Assembly: GCA_964252035.1 (NCBI GenBank)
Contig: OZ176204.1
Length of the DNA: 64,000 bases
Strand: one strand, 5' to 3'
From: Podarcis erhardii
Taxonomy: Eukaryota
In this document: positions 37,538 to 50,213 of the stretch, one piece after another
How the letters are laid out: each line of letters begins with the position of its first letter
Position numbering within the stretch: the stretch's first letter is position 1
Program-made: the position numbers and the translations under genes
Notes under the pieces: generated by a model
The model's database searches: none
Told to the model about the DNA's origin: nothing
Seen by the model: only the letters and a program-made list of their open reading frames with translations

Positions 37538-39435
37538 TATTCTCTTTCTGCCACTTTCCTTCCCCCTGGTCCTCCCGCCCCACCTTGCCATCTGTTTCAG
37601 ACACATGCAGTGCTTGGGCTGCCGGCTACTCACCCCTGCCCTAAAATGTGGAAGGAAGAAGAGATTTCAGGGAAGTGGGATGAGGCAGGGCCTCTCATTG
37701 AAGCAGGTGATGGGGGCAGAGCTGATGGATCATGCCCCCCAGAGACTGTCAAAGATTGGGCTTGAAGAGGGAAGCTGAATAGCCTCTGATCTCAAGGAAG
37801 CACACCGTACATCCTAGAGAGGTCAAGTTAGGCTTTGCCTTTTTTAAAAAATCCTGCTGCTCTTTTTGAAACAAAATGCAGTATTTTAAGCTTGCAAAGA
37901 CCCTTCAGGCAGCAGTGAAAATCAGGAGAAGAAGGTGCAGGTAATTAACAATGCAAATATTTTAGTCACTGTAGGTATATGTCTTTAACAACAAGCTTTT
38001 TGCACATTAAAAAAAAAGTGTTGATAGTTGTTTGTCAGTTCAGGTGATAAATTTCCCCGTGATTTTCCTGTTTCTAATATAGCCTCTATCCCCCCTACAC
38101 CTGCTCCTCTCCAGCCCCCACTCCACACACACACACACCGCACAGCCTGGCCCCTTCCTATTTAGTTTTCTGAGGAAGCTTCTCTCATACAATGACTCTA
38201 TTACCTTCTGTCATTCTTTCTGAAACTGGAGTATAAGCATGGATTACTCTGGGTCTCTCTGACATTCCCAGCATAATCAGAAGCTGTTAAAAATTGTTTT
38301 TCTCCATAGCTTTCACTTTAGCATTTTGAATAGGATCTGAATCCAATAATCACTGCAGCGTTTCCAGCTCTATTACCCCTGCCAATGATGGCGTGTGCCC
38401 TGTGAACACAGCATTTTGGACTAATTCCTGCAACAGATTTCTCATTGTATACATATGATGTCCAGGTTACTGTAGCCTCGTTCAGCCCAGGCCTCCCCCT
38501 GCTCTCATATTTTTACTGTACTGTCCTTGCAGATGTCCTCTTTGTGACCACATTAGAGTAGTGATTCTTATTCTTTTTTCTTTTTCTTTTTTGCCCATTT
38601 TTCTGCCATGGCGCTGCGAGGGACAAAAGCTGGAAGATTAGTTTATGGCTTCGGCCAGATGCTTATGAGACAGGAGGCACCAGCAGCGGCGCTCCCATAT
38701 ACTTGGCCCCGTTCCTCAATTGCTCTCCCAAAATGCTGTATGGTAAAATGAGGGGGCATCAGGTCTGTGATCCTCAGGTTTGGGCACTAGGTGGTGCTCC
38801 AATCCTGATTACTGCTCCAGGATGCGGAACTGGGAGCCAGTGCCAGCTGCAGGAGGCAGTGTAAGTCATGCATAGGAATAGGTGATTTGTTTTAATTGAA
38901 GCTGCCAACTCTGCAGTCTCCCTGCTCTTCTCCGCTCGCTAGCCTTCCCCTCGGGTCACCAGGCAGGCTTTCTGATCCTAGCACAGGTGAGACACAGCCC
39001 ATTGGAACATGGCATGGCACTGCCGATAGAGGCTGGTCAGGGGGCAGGCACAGTGCGGCTGAGATGGGAGGAAGGAGACGGCGGCGTGAAGCAAGGTCAG
39101 CACAGGGCACACGCTTTCTGAGTGCCAGCAGGGTAGGCAACCACAGTTTGCTGAGGAAAGTGGTTGTGCTGTGTCATAGGAGCAGAGGCCTGGTGCGCTG
39201 GGAAGGGCGGGAGGTGATGGAGGAAGGAGGGAGAGGAAGCGCCAAGGCTGCGGAGAAGTGCCACTCTGTGGAGTCAAAACATAAACCGTCATGTGATAGA
39301 CAACAATCCCATGACTGCAATCATGGAGCAGGAATTCTAACAGGCTGCAGTCCCCTGCACCTTCCAAGTGTGGCGCTTTCCTACGCTGGCAGAGTGCATC
39401 CCCCATGGCTTCACCTGCCCCTTTTCTCCTCGCAG

Positions 39436-39491
39436 AGCGGAAGCGCTTGGAGATGAAACAACGAGAAGATGCCTGGGAAGGACGTGAGTGA
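39436..39491 (+). CDS. R3HCC1L: R3HCC1L last coding exon
   Basis: Acceptor ctcgcag|AG. Encodes (E)RKRLEMKQREDAWEGRE*, like the orthologue C-terminus ERKRLEAKQREDIWEGR. Total CDS 2301 nt. Confidence 0.93.
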
Positions 39492-39982
39492 GGCCGCACC
39501 ATCTCAAGGAGAAAGGGGAGAGATGCCTTGAGACTTCGCCTGAGCAGGACTGGGGCTTGGCTGCAGGCGGGCAGGTTGTGCTCGGCAGCATTGGGGAAAG
39601 TTCTGCCGCTCCCTTTGGGCTAAGCAGCAAGAACATGGGCACTCCTGAGCGGTGGAAACGTGCTCAAATAAGCCCCAGCAAGCCTTGCCCTGGGACCCTG
39701 AAACAGTGGAGCTGGGGTTGGCAGTGCCTCTGCAAGAGCTGCCACTGGGCATCCGGCCCAAAGACTTGGCACTGTTCCACTTGTTGTGCCATGGAAACAT
39801 AACCCTCAATATCCAAATGACGTTGGCTCGGCCCTTCTTGGATGCGCTGCGTCCTCCACTGTGGGCAGCAGGAAGACCACTGAGCAGTGTGGTGCCCTTG
39901 GGTTCTGTGGGACTGGACGGAGCTGTGGCAGCTTTTACAATGGGCCCTCCAGGATGATCAAGTGCCCGCCATTGAGTTTCTT

Positions 39983-39988
39983 ATTAAA
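39983..39988 (+). terminator. R3HCC1L: candidate polyadenylation signal of R3HCC1L
   Basis: ATTAAA about 490 nt after the stop, followed by T-rich sequence. Confidence 0.5.
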
Positions 39989-40967
39989 GGCTTTTTTATT
40001 TTAAAAAAAATCACATGGTGCAGTGTGCAATTACACGCAGCCAAGTTGCTCTTGAATTAACCTCTGCAACCTTGTGGATTCAGCAACAGCCGGTGGTGGC
40101 AGCCAATGGGTTGCCAACGCTGCAGCTGAACCAGACCTCCTCCCAGCTCCTCAGGATGTCCAAATGCTGACCGGAAGTCAGTCTCAGATGCACAGAAAAC
40201 AGCAACTCTTGTATGTTAGCAGAATCCAGTAAAGAGCTGGTGTTGAGATGCTCTTTTCCCTTGTGCGTGCTGGGAAGCTGGCATGTTTACGGGAGGCCTT
40301 TGCCACCCAAGCTGTATGCAAGATCCCTGGCCCTACCAGGGCTGCTGCTGTTGCTGCTGGGATTCCCCTCCTCATAGCAGGAATGCTTTGGCAGAGGCCC
40401 CTGCAGCATGTCATTCCCACCTTGTGAATATAGGGCTTGTAATAGCTGCCGGACCCAGGTCACAGCACAAACATGCTTGCTCTGGCCAGCTTGCAGGAAA
40501 GGTTGGATTTTCCTTTACGGGCACCGACCCCCTCAGGAATGCCTCCCCAGGGGCAGCAGACAAAGTCCTCTCTGTTCCAGGTAGCCTGATTACAAACGCC
40601 CGAGCTGCAGGCAGATTGGCCACTTCCTTGTAAACTGATATCGACAACACGCCCCTGCTAGTCCGTGCCGGAGATTCCTGTGGTCAGACTCTCCCAGCTG
40701 TGTTTGGGGTCAACACCCTGGGAGCAACTTGGGTCCCTGAGTAGCGGCTGCCGCTGCCTGATTGCCCCAGAGTTCGAGACCCAAGGACAGCAGCACGGAG
40801 GGAGCAGGCAAGACTGCAGGACAACGTGTCCCAGGCCCAGCAGCGGGTAGAGACTTGGGATTCACAGGCCATAAGAATGGGAGTGGTGCTTGGGAGGACT
40901 AAATGGGAGTGGGGAGGCAGAGTCCTCTTGGCTGATGCTTCAAGGCAGGGATGGGGGCGAGCAAATA

Positions 40968-41182
40968 CAGTGGTACCTCAGCTAACATACGCTTCAGGTT
41001 ACAGACTCCGCTAACCCAGAAATAGTACCTCGGGTTAAGAACTTTGCTTCAGGATGAGAACAGAAATTGTGCGACGGCAGCAGGAGGCCCCATTAGCGAA
41101 AGTGTTACCTCAGGTTAAGAACAGTTTCAGGTTAAAAACGGACCTCCAGAACGAATTAAGTTCTTAACCCGAGGTACCACTT
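40968..41182. mobile_element. Tigger-like MITE
   Basis: TA|CAGTGGTACCTC ... GAGGTACCACT(T)|TA, with internal repeated ggttaagaa/aacc motifs. Confidence 0.88.
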
Positions 41183-42436
41183 TATGGCCCTCCAGAACTC
41201 TCTGCTTGGCCCTTGGAACTCTCCCCAGGCCACACCCCTCCTCCACTGGCCACGCCCCTCACTGGCCCTGCATTGCAGCCTCCTTGCGTGTTTTTTGCCT
41301 GCCCAGCCTGTATCCTTGCACTGCCTGGATGGCAAATGCAGAGAGATGAGCAAATCAGCACTTGTTGCTCCAGTCCCTTTTGCTTCTTGCCCCGCCCGCC
41401 TGCCTTTGGTTAGTGGCCCCCTGAAGGCTGCCAAAGAGGACATGTGGCCCCCAGGCTGCAAAACGTTCCCAGCCCGTTTGAAAGGGTGTCTGTGGTGAGA
41501 GGGAAAAGGGAGACTGGAGCCGCCTTGTCAGAGCCTGGGGAGACGCTGCATGGGAAATATTGTCTCAGAAGCATCCATTCCTGTTTAGCTTTGCCCGGGG
41601 TCAGGTCAAGGTAGGCCAAGACAGCTCTCAAGCCTGGAATGTGCTGGCAGGCCGAGTGTTTACTGGCCAGCCAAGCTCGCAGGCATCTCCCTGCCTGGAA
41701 CAGCTCTCTCTTGTGTCTCCTCTTGGGCAGGGTGGAGCCCGGGACTCTGATGTGGGCAGCGTTCTGGAAGGGGAGGCGGATGGGTGCTCACTGCTTTTCC
41801 TGGCAGTTCCAGTAGTCTCTAACCCCCTGGTGAGGCCTGGCTTGCTCCGGCCTGCCAGCTGCTCCCCGAAAACAAGCCCCGTCTATTTGGGCCAATTAAA
41901 TACTCTAAATACTGATACAGCGCAGCAGCTAAACTGTGTCCCACCCCTGTTTATAGCTTCTGGCAGCCTGCGGAGGCTGCCGACATGAAAGGCCAGCAGC
42001 CATGAGCCATCTGTGCCTTGCGAGCAACTTGAGAGGGAGTTTCCATCAGTGCGAGGGCTGGAAATGTGTCTGCTCTGGCTACTCTTTCCCTCAGAAATGC
42101 TTGGCTTGTTTCTTTTGTTCCTTGATCAGGAGACTTTATGCAGTCCTAGGCGTGTTGCTCAGAAGTAAATGTTCAGTGGGACTTACTCTCTAGTCAGGGC
42201 CGCCTTAATGCCACCATGCAGAGCATTCCTCATGAATTTGTGCCTCAAGTCCTGTGTTGGGTGGCTGTTTCTGCACCTCCATCCTGATGGACCTTGGTTC
42301 AGTCTCTCTTCTCCTCACTCCTTCTCGTTGCCTTTGTGTTAGATTGACAGAATTTGTGTCACACACACAGCTGACCATTGTTTTGAAGGCCTTCAGAATA
42401 AAGTGTAGGGACCATCTGTGTGTGTGTGTGTGTACA

Positions 42437-42610
42437 CCGTGCTTTTTTCTAAAAAAGAATGTTTAGGGGTACTCTCATTTTGACTCAAGAAAATCACCAT
42501 TTTATAGTTCAGATCGGGAGAAATAAATACAGTAAATGGACATAAGTACAGAGATTCACAAAATGTTTAGGGGTATGCATACCCTTGTGTCACCCCAGAA
42601 AAAAGCACTG
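42437..42610. mobile_element. hAT MITE
   Basis: TIRs C(C)GTGCTTTTTTCT / AGAAAAAAAGCACTG. TSD tgtgtaca/tgtgtatg (6/8). An inverted copy lies at 55437-55615. Confidence 0.8.
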
Positions 42611-42664
42611 TGTGTATGTACACCCCCCAAAAAAAACAATATATACATACATACATGCATACAT

Positions 42665-43140
42665 TTAGTTAGTTAGTATACCGCCCTACACCTGTAGAAC
42701 TCAGGGTGGTTCACAACATAGTAAAAATAACAACAAACCAATAATTCTCCCCACCCAACAGATTTGAAAGGACATCGGATGTCAATCAGCCAAAGGCCTG
42801 GTTGAAGAGGAACATATTTGCCTGGCAGCTACAGGTGTATAATGAAGGCACCAGCCAAATCTTCTTGGGGAGACCATTCCACAAAAGGGAAGCCACTGCA
42901 GAAAAGGCCCTTTCTCATGTTGCCACCCTCTGGATCTCTCATGGAGGAGGCACACGAAGAAAGACCTTGGAGAATGGTATCAGGATTTGGGTACGGTCAA
43001 ATGTAGAGAGGCTGTCCTTGCGTTTCCCTGGTCTGCTGGACTTGACCCCCAAAGGCTACAGCACTGGAGAGTTCACTATCTTCTCTGCTGTCCATTGCTC
43101 CAGATGGTTAGTCCAGCCTCCATGAAAAGTTTTTTGTTGG
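42665..43140 (-). mobile_element. L2 LINE 3' fragment
   Basis: The + strand shows an L2-type tail (tataccgccct...cagggtggttcacaac) followed by aggcctggttgaagagg...ccattccacaa...gccactgcagaaaaggccc, a reverse-complemented L2 C-terminal region. Confidence 0.65.
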
Positions 43141-46100
43141 GGTGGCTAACCTTACTCAGCCTCAGGTCCACAAGCATGGCAAACGTGGGCACCCCCCCCC
43201 CACACACACACATGTGCAAGCAGGCAAGGCAGCAGAGGAGGGGCAGTGGAATCACAGATGTGGCGGTCAGCCACCCTTATTTATTATTATTTTGTTATGT
43301 ATTAAAATTGTATATTGCCTTTCATTCGAAGATCACAGGGCAGTTCACATCCTAAAAATACAATTGCCCTTGCCTTGCGTCCTTTGGGTCTGGCTAAACA
43401 ACCTTTTCCCAAAGCCCAGCTTTGGCATCTAATTCTTGTGAAATGCCCTTCCCTCTTTGAGAAGCTCAGAAGCCCAGGCCTATAGCTGTGGCAGCAGCTG
43501 CTTTATTCCTCTTCAGCGCTGATAGTTGGCAACCGTGTTTTGAGTCTATATCACACCTCGGGGAGAGGGGAAAGAAGTGCATTAGCACACAATGGCCCAT
43601 ATTGTACAGAAGGATAATACGTGGGTTGTTTTTGTTTTAAGGCCACCCTCCTCTTGTAAAATGTTCACTCTGCAAGAGGACAGCATAGCACATTACCAGA
43701 CCAGCCTTGGTAGCAGCAAACAACTGTAGGATAGGACTTGTTGGTAATGACAAGCGCTTGGAAGATCGTGGTCAGGCAAACTCTGGTTATGGCAGTATAG
43801 ATGGTTTTCACTTAAAGAGTTTAAAAAAACAGCTCCCTGTGCAATGAGCCTGAAAACATCGACGTATATTGTGACTATGGATGCGTATCACTGGGAATTC
43901 AAGTTCATGGTAGAGGCTGTATTCTACAGGAAGGAATGTTTTGCCTGAACTCTGAACCCAGGTCCACTGGGACTGAGTCCAAGACTTTGAAGACCGATTT
44001 AATATCCAGGGAAGCAGCTGTAGCAGCCCCAGAAGCCAGAGACCAGGTCCCAATGTGTATCTCCTGGCTTCCCAACATCAGAAATTGCCCGGAGCCTGCA
44101 CTGAGTGGGTTTCAACTTGAAAGAGAATTTTAAGAGAGCAGAACTGAACCATCAAGCTAGTTTAATGTTTACCTTTCACATGCCCTCTGAATTGGCTGCC
44201 TTACACTGCCAAGCTATATAGGATGCTGGAGAACTATGCTTTAAATAAAAAAAAGTATTATTACTAATTAGCAACCCCATATGGTTGCTTCAGAGATGGG
44301 GGGAAGTGGCAATCTGGGTGAGTGCCTCTAATTCTTTCTGCCCTTGTTTTACCAATCTAATTTCCCCAGCCTCCCAAACTCGCTACTATCTCTGCAACAT
44401 TACAAAGGAAAAGAAGATGACAAGTACAGCTTCAGTACCTGTCATCGCCCCCCCCCCCCCTGAGCTTATAGTAGCTTCAATGTCTGATTTGGATTGGATC
44501 TCCCAAAGTACACCTTTCCTGATCTTCGAAGCAGCTTTTCAAGGTTGTGAATTAGTGTATAAAACAAAAATGAAGGCGCTGAGGTGCCTCAGGTCCAGGG
44601 CCTGGCAGATGCAGCCCTCTAGGCCTTTCTACTTGGCCCTTGCACTCTCTTCAGCCCACACACCCCACCAGCCCTGCTCTGCACCCTCTCTGAGTGCTTT
44701 TGCCAGGCTGGAATGTGCCGCTCAACCGTGAGCCTCTTTTGCTTGCTTGGGTGACAGCAAAGATGTGCTTGCTTGTGGCTGGAATGTAGCCTACACCACA
44801 AAGTGTGTGTCCTGTCTGGCTACACCTGCTTTTGTCTCCAGCCCTGTCCACCATCGACACGTGTCGCCAAGAAAGTGGCCTATGAGGACATATAGCCCTG
44901 AGAATGAAGAAGGTTCCCTTGCCCTTCTTTTGAGAGAACAGATGACTGAGCTTGGAGGAGCAGAAAACTCAGGTAGGGATGTCCTGGGACCCAAGAGCAG
45001 AGAGATCAGGGGCACAAGGCCATGGAGAGCAGGAGATGAAACTGGGAGGACGCAAGTGCGCCCAGGGAAGGAAGGCAACAACACTCGCTTTGTATTGGGC
45101 TCCAAAGGAAACCAGTGAATATTGGACAGCAGTAATGCTCAGGATGGGGAGGGAGGAACATGAAGGTGTCCCACATCCTTTTAATCCCAGCATTGAAGTG
45201 ACTGGACCACAGGCTAAATTGAGTCTGGTCTATTTTGAAATGAAAGCTTCCCACTTCCCTTTTCTCTCTCACTTGAAGTGCTGTGTGGAAGGTGAGCTGG
45301 CTAATCTTAGTATATAGCGTAAAAAGAGGGTGGTAAACAGGTGGAAATGGTTTAATGCAAGATCAGAGAGGAGGTTGTAGTCAAAGCAAGAGCATGAGAG
45401 CTATTGGGAACGGAGGAACCGGGCAGATCTTCAAAGCAATGTTGTGGCACCGAAAGTTCAGGAAGCAACTAAAAACAAGGAACCCCACCCAAGCGAGGAG
45501 GGAGCAGGGGACAGGGTGCCAGTGGGTGTAGGATGCCAAAGGAAGTGTAATTCATAAGAATGTGCAAACTTTGGAAGTGGAAGAAATGGAGGAGAGGCAG
45601 GCGGCCAAATCTGAAAAGGGAGCAAGAAGGGGCAAAAAACACTCTTCACAAAAACACCTTGGGAACTGAAAATGATGCTAAATTCCACACAAGGGCTTTA
45701 TTACATCATAAAGTCTTCCTGTTTTGAACACTCCTCCTTGCTTTCTCTGTCCCACCCAGGCTCCAGGAGTGATTACCTTCTGCTGCCTCACCCTCCTGGG
45801 GCTTCATACTATGAACAGGCTCTCTTCAGAACCCATTTAATACTCTCTGCCTTTAGCCAGACATGAACAAGGCTGCACAAGGTGTCCCTGGTTGCCGTTG
45901 GCTCTTCTGATCCAGCCACGGAGCAGGACGTCCAGATCTGTCAAAGCATGGAGCCCTTCCAGATTATCCTAACATCTGTTGGACAAAAGGGGCACAGAAG
46001 ATTTTTAAATTCCCCTGGAGTTTAACCCCAAATGTTGGCTCACACTTTGGATGCTGGCTAGAAGGCGTAGTGAGACATCCTCTACAGAGGAATGTAGCAG

Positions 46101-46997
46101 GTGCTGCTTAATTTGGGGGGTGCATCCCTTCGGCTTGGCCCTTTATATGCCTTTGCTTTTCCTGTAATTTCCTGTCTAGCCAAATGCTTCAGGAGTGCCT
46201 TGGTCAAGCTGACCTCTGCTCGCTTTCCCCCTTCTGCTCTGCTTTGGAGGTGGAACAGAGGCATATATTTGTGGAGTGGTTCTGTGCCCTCCACCCTTCC
46301 TCTCCCTTAGGTCAAGATGCACCCTGAAATAGGTGGGGCTGGCTGCCAGAAGGGCTTTGGAACGCTAGCAGAACTTTGAGTGTTTATTGATCTCTTGCCG
46401 GCCAGGATTAGGAACAGGGACAGGCCCTTTTATTTGAGTTCAGTAGCGAGGCAAGGAAGGGCAAGAGGTAAGAGTGAAGCTGTTGGTCTTGGTATATGGC
46501 TCCACTGCGGTGCTGGGGAATCAATAAGGCCGCAGGGTCTTGCCTTTGCTGCAGGCAGGCATAAATCACTCCCACCCATTCCTCTTCATGCCTTGACACA
46601 GGCCTGAGGGCTACCCCCCTCCCCAACCCACAAGACCTGATGGATTGCAAGCAGCTGCTGTCCATCTGCCATTTCTCCAGGCTTTGCTCATTGCCTGGGG
46701 AGGGGGAGCACTGCAATGGAGTCAGCGCTGAGTGAGGGGAGAGATACCACTTTGCTATGACCCGGACTTTCAGCCTGACTTCTTGAAACATCGCATGAAG
46801 ACTCCACTTGTGACCACACATCGTTAGCTATCTACATTGTCCTCCTTGATCATAGGACAGCAGCCTCACTCCTCCTGCAAGGTGTGTGCTCCATCTGGCT
46901 TCATAGTCACCAGCTGTTCCCACCCTCTGCTGCACTCGCGGAGAGAAAGAGCCTTCTCAGGGATTGTCCTATAAATGCTGTGGCTCGTGAAGTAGGG

Positions 46998-47126
46998 CAG
47001 GGTTTCCCAAGCTTGAATCTCTAGCTGTTTTTGGACTACAGCTCCCATCATCCCTAGCTAGCAGTGCCAGTGGTCAGGGAGGATGGGAATTGTAGTCCAA
47101 AAACAGCTGGAATTTGGGAAACCCTG
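46998..47126. mobile_element. hAT MITE, fully palindromic, with inverted ACTACAnnTCCCA motifs
   Basis: Perfect 13-bp TIRs CAGGGTTTCCCAA / TTGGGAAACCCTG. 8-bp TSD aagtaggg/aagtagtg (7/8). Inner arms agctgtttttggactaca / tgtagtccaaaaacagct. Confidence 0.92.
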
Positions 47127-47562
47127 AAGTAGTGCTTCTCCAGGCATGGGGAATGTTAGGCCCAGCAGTCAGTTGCAACCCCCAGCCCTCTCTGTTTGGC
47201 CCTTTGGACTTTTGCTCCTTGAGCTTTTCAGTAGCTGGAATGTGTCCTGGAACTCTTGTCTGGATGGAGGAGAGAGATGCCATAGGTGATGTTTACATTC
47301 GTTGCCCCACCCACTTTTACCTCTGGCCCCACCCACTTCTGGACATGTGACCCCCTGAAAGATAGCCGTCAGAGCCCCCCACCCCTCTGCCTTCCTCTGC
47401 TATTTCTCTGCTTGCCCCTGTGGTCTTGCCTCCTGCAGGAAGAGCAAAGAAGCAGCAACCCCCAACAGAGGCACTGCATACCTCTGTGTTTTTACTCCAC
47501 TCTATGACTCAGTCACACAAACACCATTGCCTAGTTTTTTTAAAAAACAAAACACAACAACC

Positions 47563-47568
47563 TTTATT
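47563..47568 (-). terminator. LOXL4: candidate polyadenylation signal of LOXL4
   Basis: AATAAA on the - strand about 865 nt after the stop, followed by a GT/T-rich tract (ttgtgttttgtttttt). Confidence 0.65.
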
Positions 47569-48432
47569 GGCAGGAACAAGCTCTATGAAATGTGGAGACG
47601 GAGAGCCCTTGGCACTTGGGCTGGTGGAGTGGGGTCGAGGACTTTTCCCTGAGGTGACCAAGTAACCCCCCCCCTACACAGGGCCTTTGCCCTCCATGCT
47701 GTCGGCCATCACAGTCCATTGCACATTAAATAACTCCACAGATAGCACCAGGCCCTCTTCCCCAATCCCTTAAAGTTTAAGCCTCAGGAACGTCCCGGCT
47801 GGAGCGTGTAGCAGCCCAGACGCCTGGTTTCCCTCGGACTCAGAGATACGTCACAGGGTTCTGTGCCCATGGGCAGGAAGGTGGCTCCTCCATGCCAGTG
47901 GTAGAGGTGGGGATGCCTGTGGGACTAGCCAGCAAACAGGGCCGCCCCCAAATACGTGGGCTCCTGAGGCAGAATTCTTCAGCGGGTGGAGCTGGTTGAG
48001 GTAGTCACTCTGGGCTGGGCTGCTCCCATGCCCATCTGCCAGAGAGGCAAGAGGAAAGGGCCTCTTCTGAGCAGTGCTACTTTCTTGGCCTGGGTGGGGT
48101 AGGGGTGGGGGTGGAAAGAGAAGACTCTATAGCCTCCCAGCTCATTTCAGCCCCATTTTTGTCCGTAGCTGCCAACCTCTGTAAAAATAGGAAGCAGACC
48201 GTGCAGGCTGGGCTGTGATAAGCAGGCAAGGGGCAACAGGCACTGCAAGGATAGTTGTTGTTGTTGCTGCTGCTGCTGTTGCATGTCACCCCAAGGCTGG
48301 TGGTGAGGCAGGGAGACAATCCTTTCAGCTATCATTTTTGTGCCAGCTGGTATCTGCTGTTTGCTCTGAGTTTTGAGCAGGTTCTGGGCCCAGGAACAGT
48401 TGAGAACCTGAATTCCTTGCACCACATTTGCC

Positions 48433-48503
48433 TCAGACCAAGTTGCTGGCTAGTCTCTGCTGTGCCTCTTCATCCCATTCTATGTTGGCTCCATATTCAT
48501 CGC
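48433..48503 (-). CDS. LOXL4: LOXL4 exon 15 (last coding)
   Basis: Acceptor ttgtag|GC. Encodes (G)DEYGANIEWDEEAQQRLASNLV*, resembling the LOXL4 C-terminus (EQEQRLRNNLI). Total CDS 2232 nt. Confidence 0.9.
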
Positions 48504-48539
48504 CTACAAGTGAGAGGAAGAAACAGTGGCTTTGGGTTA

Positions 48540-49029
48540 CTTTTGACGGTGACTCAGAAACTACAACTAATCCAGAATAAGGCAGCCAGACTGGTGACAG
48601 GGAGCAACCGCTGGAACCATATAACACCAATCCTAAAGGCTCCCAGGACATTTCCAAGCACAATTCGAAGTGTTGGTGCTGACTTTAAAGCCCTAAATGG
48701 CCTCGGCTCTGTATACCTGAAGGAGCACCTCCACCCCTGTCATTCAGCCCAGACACTGAGATTCTCCTCTGAGGGCCTTCTGGCGGTTCCCTCACTTTAA
48801 GAATTGAAGCTACAGGGAACCAGGCAGAGGGCATTCTCGGTAGTGATGCCCACCCTGTGAAACACCTTCCCATCCAGTCTCAATGAAATAAACAACTATC
48901 TGACTTTTAGAGGACATTTGAAGGCAGCCCTGCATAGGGAGGTTTTTAATGTTTGATGTTTTATGGTGTTTTTATAGTTTGCTGGAAGCCACCCAGAGTG
49001 GCTGGGGCAACCCAATCAGATGGGTGGTA

Positions 49030-49073
<44 letters not shown>
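48540..49073 (+). mobile_element. L2 LINE 3' fragment with (AAT)n tail
   Basis: Encodes QKLQLIQNKAARLVTG...HITPILK...KALNGLGSVYLKEHL and ends in (AAT)n at about 49027-49073. Lies in the last LOXL4 intron. Confidence 0.9.
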
Positions 49074-49075
<2 letters not shown>

Positions 49076-49076
<1 letters not shown>

Positions 49077-49330
49077 CCTAGTGGCCAAATTTGTGGAAAC
49101 CTTTTGGAAAAAGTGTATTTCCAAGGTTTGATGGCTCATAACATCACTTTTATATTTTGTAATACCATAAAATATATATCAATGGAAAGATAATTAAATG
49201 AAGAATGTAATGCAACAAAATTGTAAAATTATCTGTATTCTATCAAAAGTTATAGCCAAATAACCAGAAAAAGGAAACACAACTTGCTTGGGTTGATATG
49301 CAGTAGCTTTCCTTCATTTGAATGTATTTT
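49076..49330. mobile_element. possible Tc1-like DNA transposon end fragment
   Basis: Starts ccctagtggccaaatttgtggaaac, resembling Tc1-type termini, with an AT-rich interior. No second TIR found. Confidence 0.3.
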
Positions 49331-49494
49331 GGGGCATTTACATTCCCATTGAGGACCCAAATTCTGCCCACACCTTTTGCTGTCATACAACATAACATCA
49401 TAACACTATGCATGTTCTGCAGTGCTGTTGCAGTGCACATCTCCCCCACCCAGCTTTGGCCATAGCCAAGGCTCCCTCGCTGTTCTCTTCTTAC

Positions 49495-49606
49495 CCGTGT
49501 GGCACCCGTGTACCCAGATGCGGTGTCCGTCATACTGGCACTGGCAGCGAAGGACATTGTTGGAGAAATCCGACTCAGCTACCTCGTGTTTCGGATTCAC
49601 AACCAC
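49495..49606 (-). CDS. LOXL4: LOXL4 exon 14
   Basis: Acceptor taccag|GTG. Encodes VVVNPKHEVAESDFSNNVLRCQCQYDGHRIWVHGCHT. Donor G|gtaaga. Confidence 0.96.
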
Positions 49607-49724
49607 CTGGTAGGGCAGAGGGTAGAGACTGCTGTAAGCGTGGCTCAGAGAGCTATCGTGGGAAGGGGATGTTCTGTGTCCAGATCGGTCCACCTGCCCA
49701 TCCCTGTCACTTGCCACCACTTAC

Positions 49725-49861
49725 CTGGAAAATGTAACTCCCACTTGGCACATCGGTGATGTCCACCCACTGGCAGTCAATGTCGTGTCTGTACGTGTCC
49801 CAGCAGCCCACGCTGACACCCTGCTCTCCAAAGTTGGCACAGGCAAAGCGCCGCTGCTGTC
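49725..49861 (-). CDS. LOXL4: LOXL4 exon 13 (LTQ tyrosine)
   Basis: Acceptor atacag|GA. Encodes (G)[45 protein letters not shown]. Donor |gtaagt. Confidence 0.96.
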
Positions 49862-49972
49862 CTGTATGGGAATGACCATAGGCTGGGTTCTCAATGCACT
49901 GGTACAGAATAAGGCCTGCCCTGCATCACTACCGAGGTCCTCTGCTTTCAGGGGCTGCTTGCCTGCATAACT

Positions 49973-50109
49973 TAGAATCATAGAATTGGAAGGGACAATG
50001 AGATTCATCTAGTCCAAGCCCCTGCAATGCAGGAATCTTTTGCCCAACATGGGGCTTGAACCCACAACCTTAAGATGAAGAGCCTCATGCTCTACCGACT
50101 GAGCTATCC
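49973..50109 (-). mobile_element. tRNA(Lys)-derived SINE with CR1-type tail
   Basis: Reverse complement: ggatagctcagtcggtagagcatgaggctcttc... (A/B-box head), then gggcaaaagattcctgcattgcagggg...ttctatgattcta. Confidence 0.9.
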
Positions 50110-50213
50110 TGCTGACTTAAGCCTTTGAATTTTGCTGTGCTATTGTCTTCCTTAGTGGGTCATGCAAACCTCTGTTCTGGATAATGTTTTTTAAGGGTAA
50201 GGTAGAGGGCACT

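Noticed and set aside
37019-37778. 237-aa ORF with repeated SGDRGE motifs
   Set aside because: It is a translation of the MITE minisatellite, not a protein repeat family.
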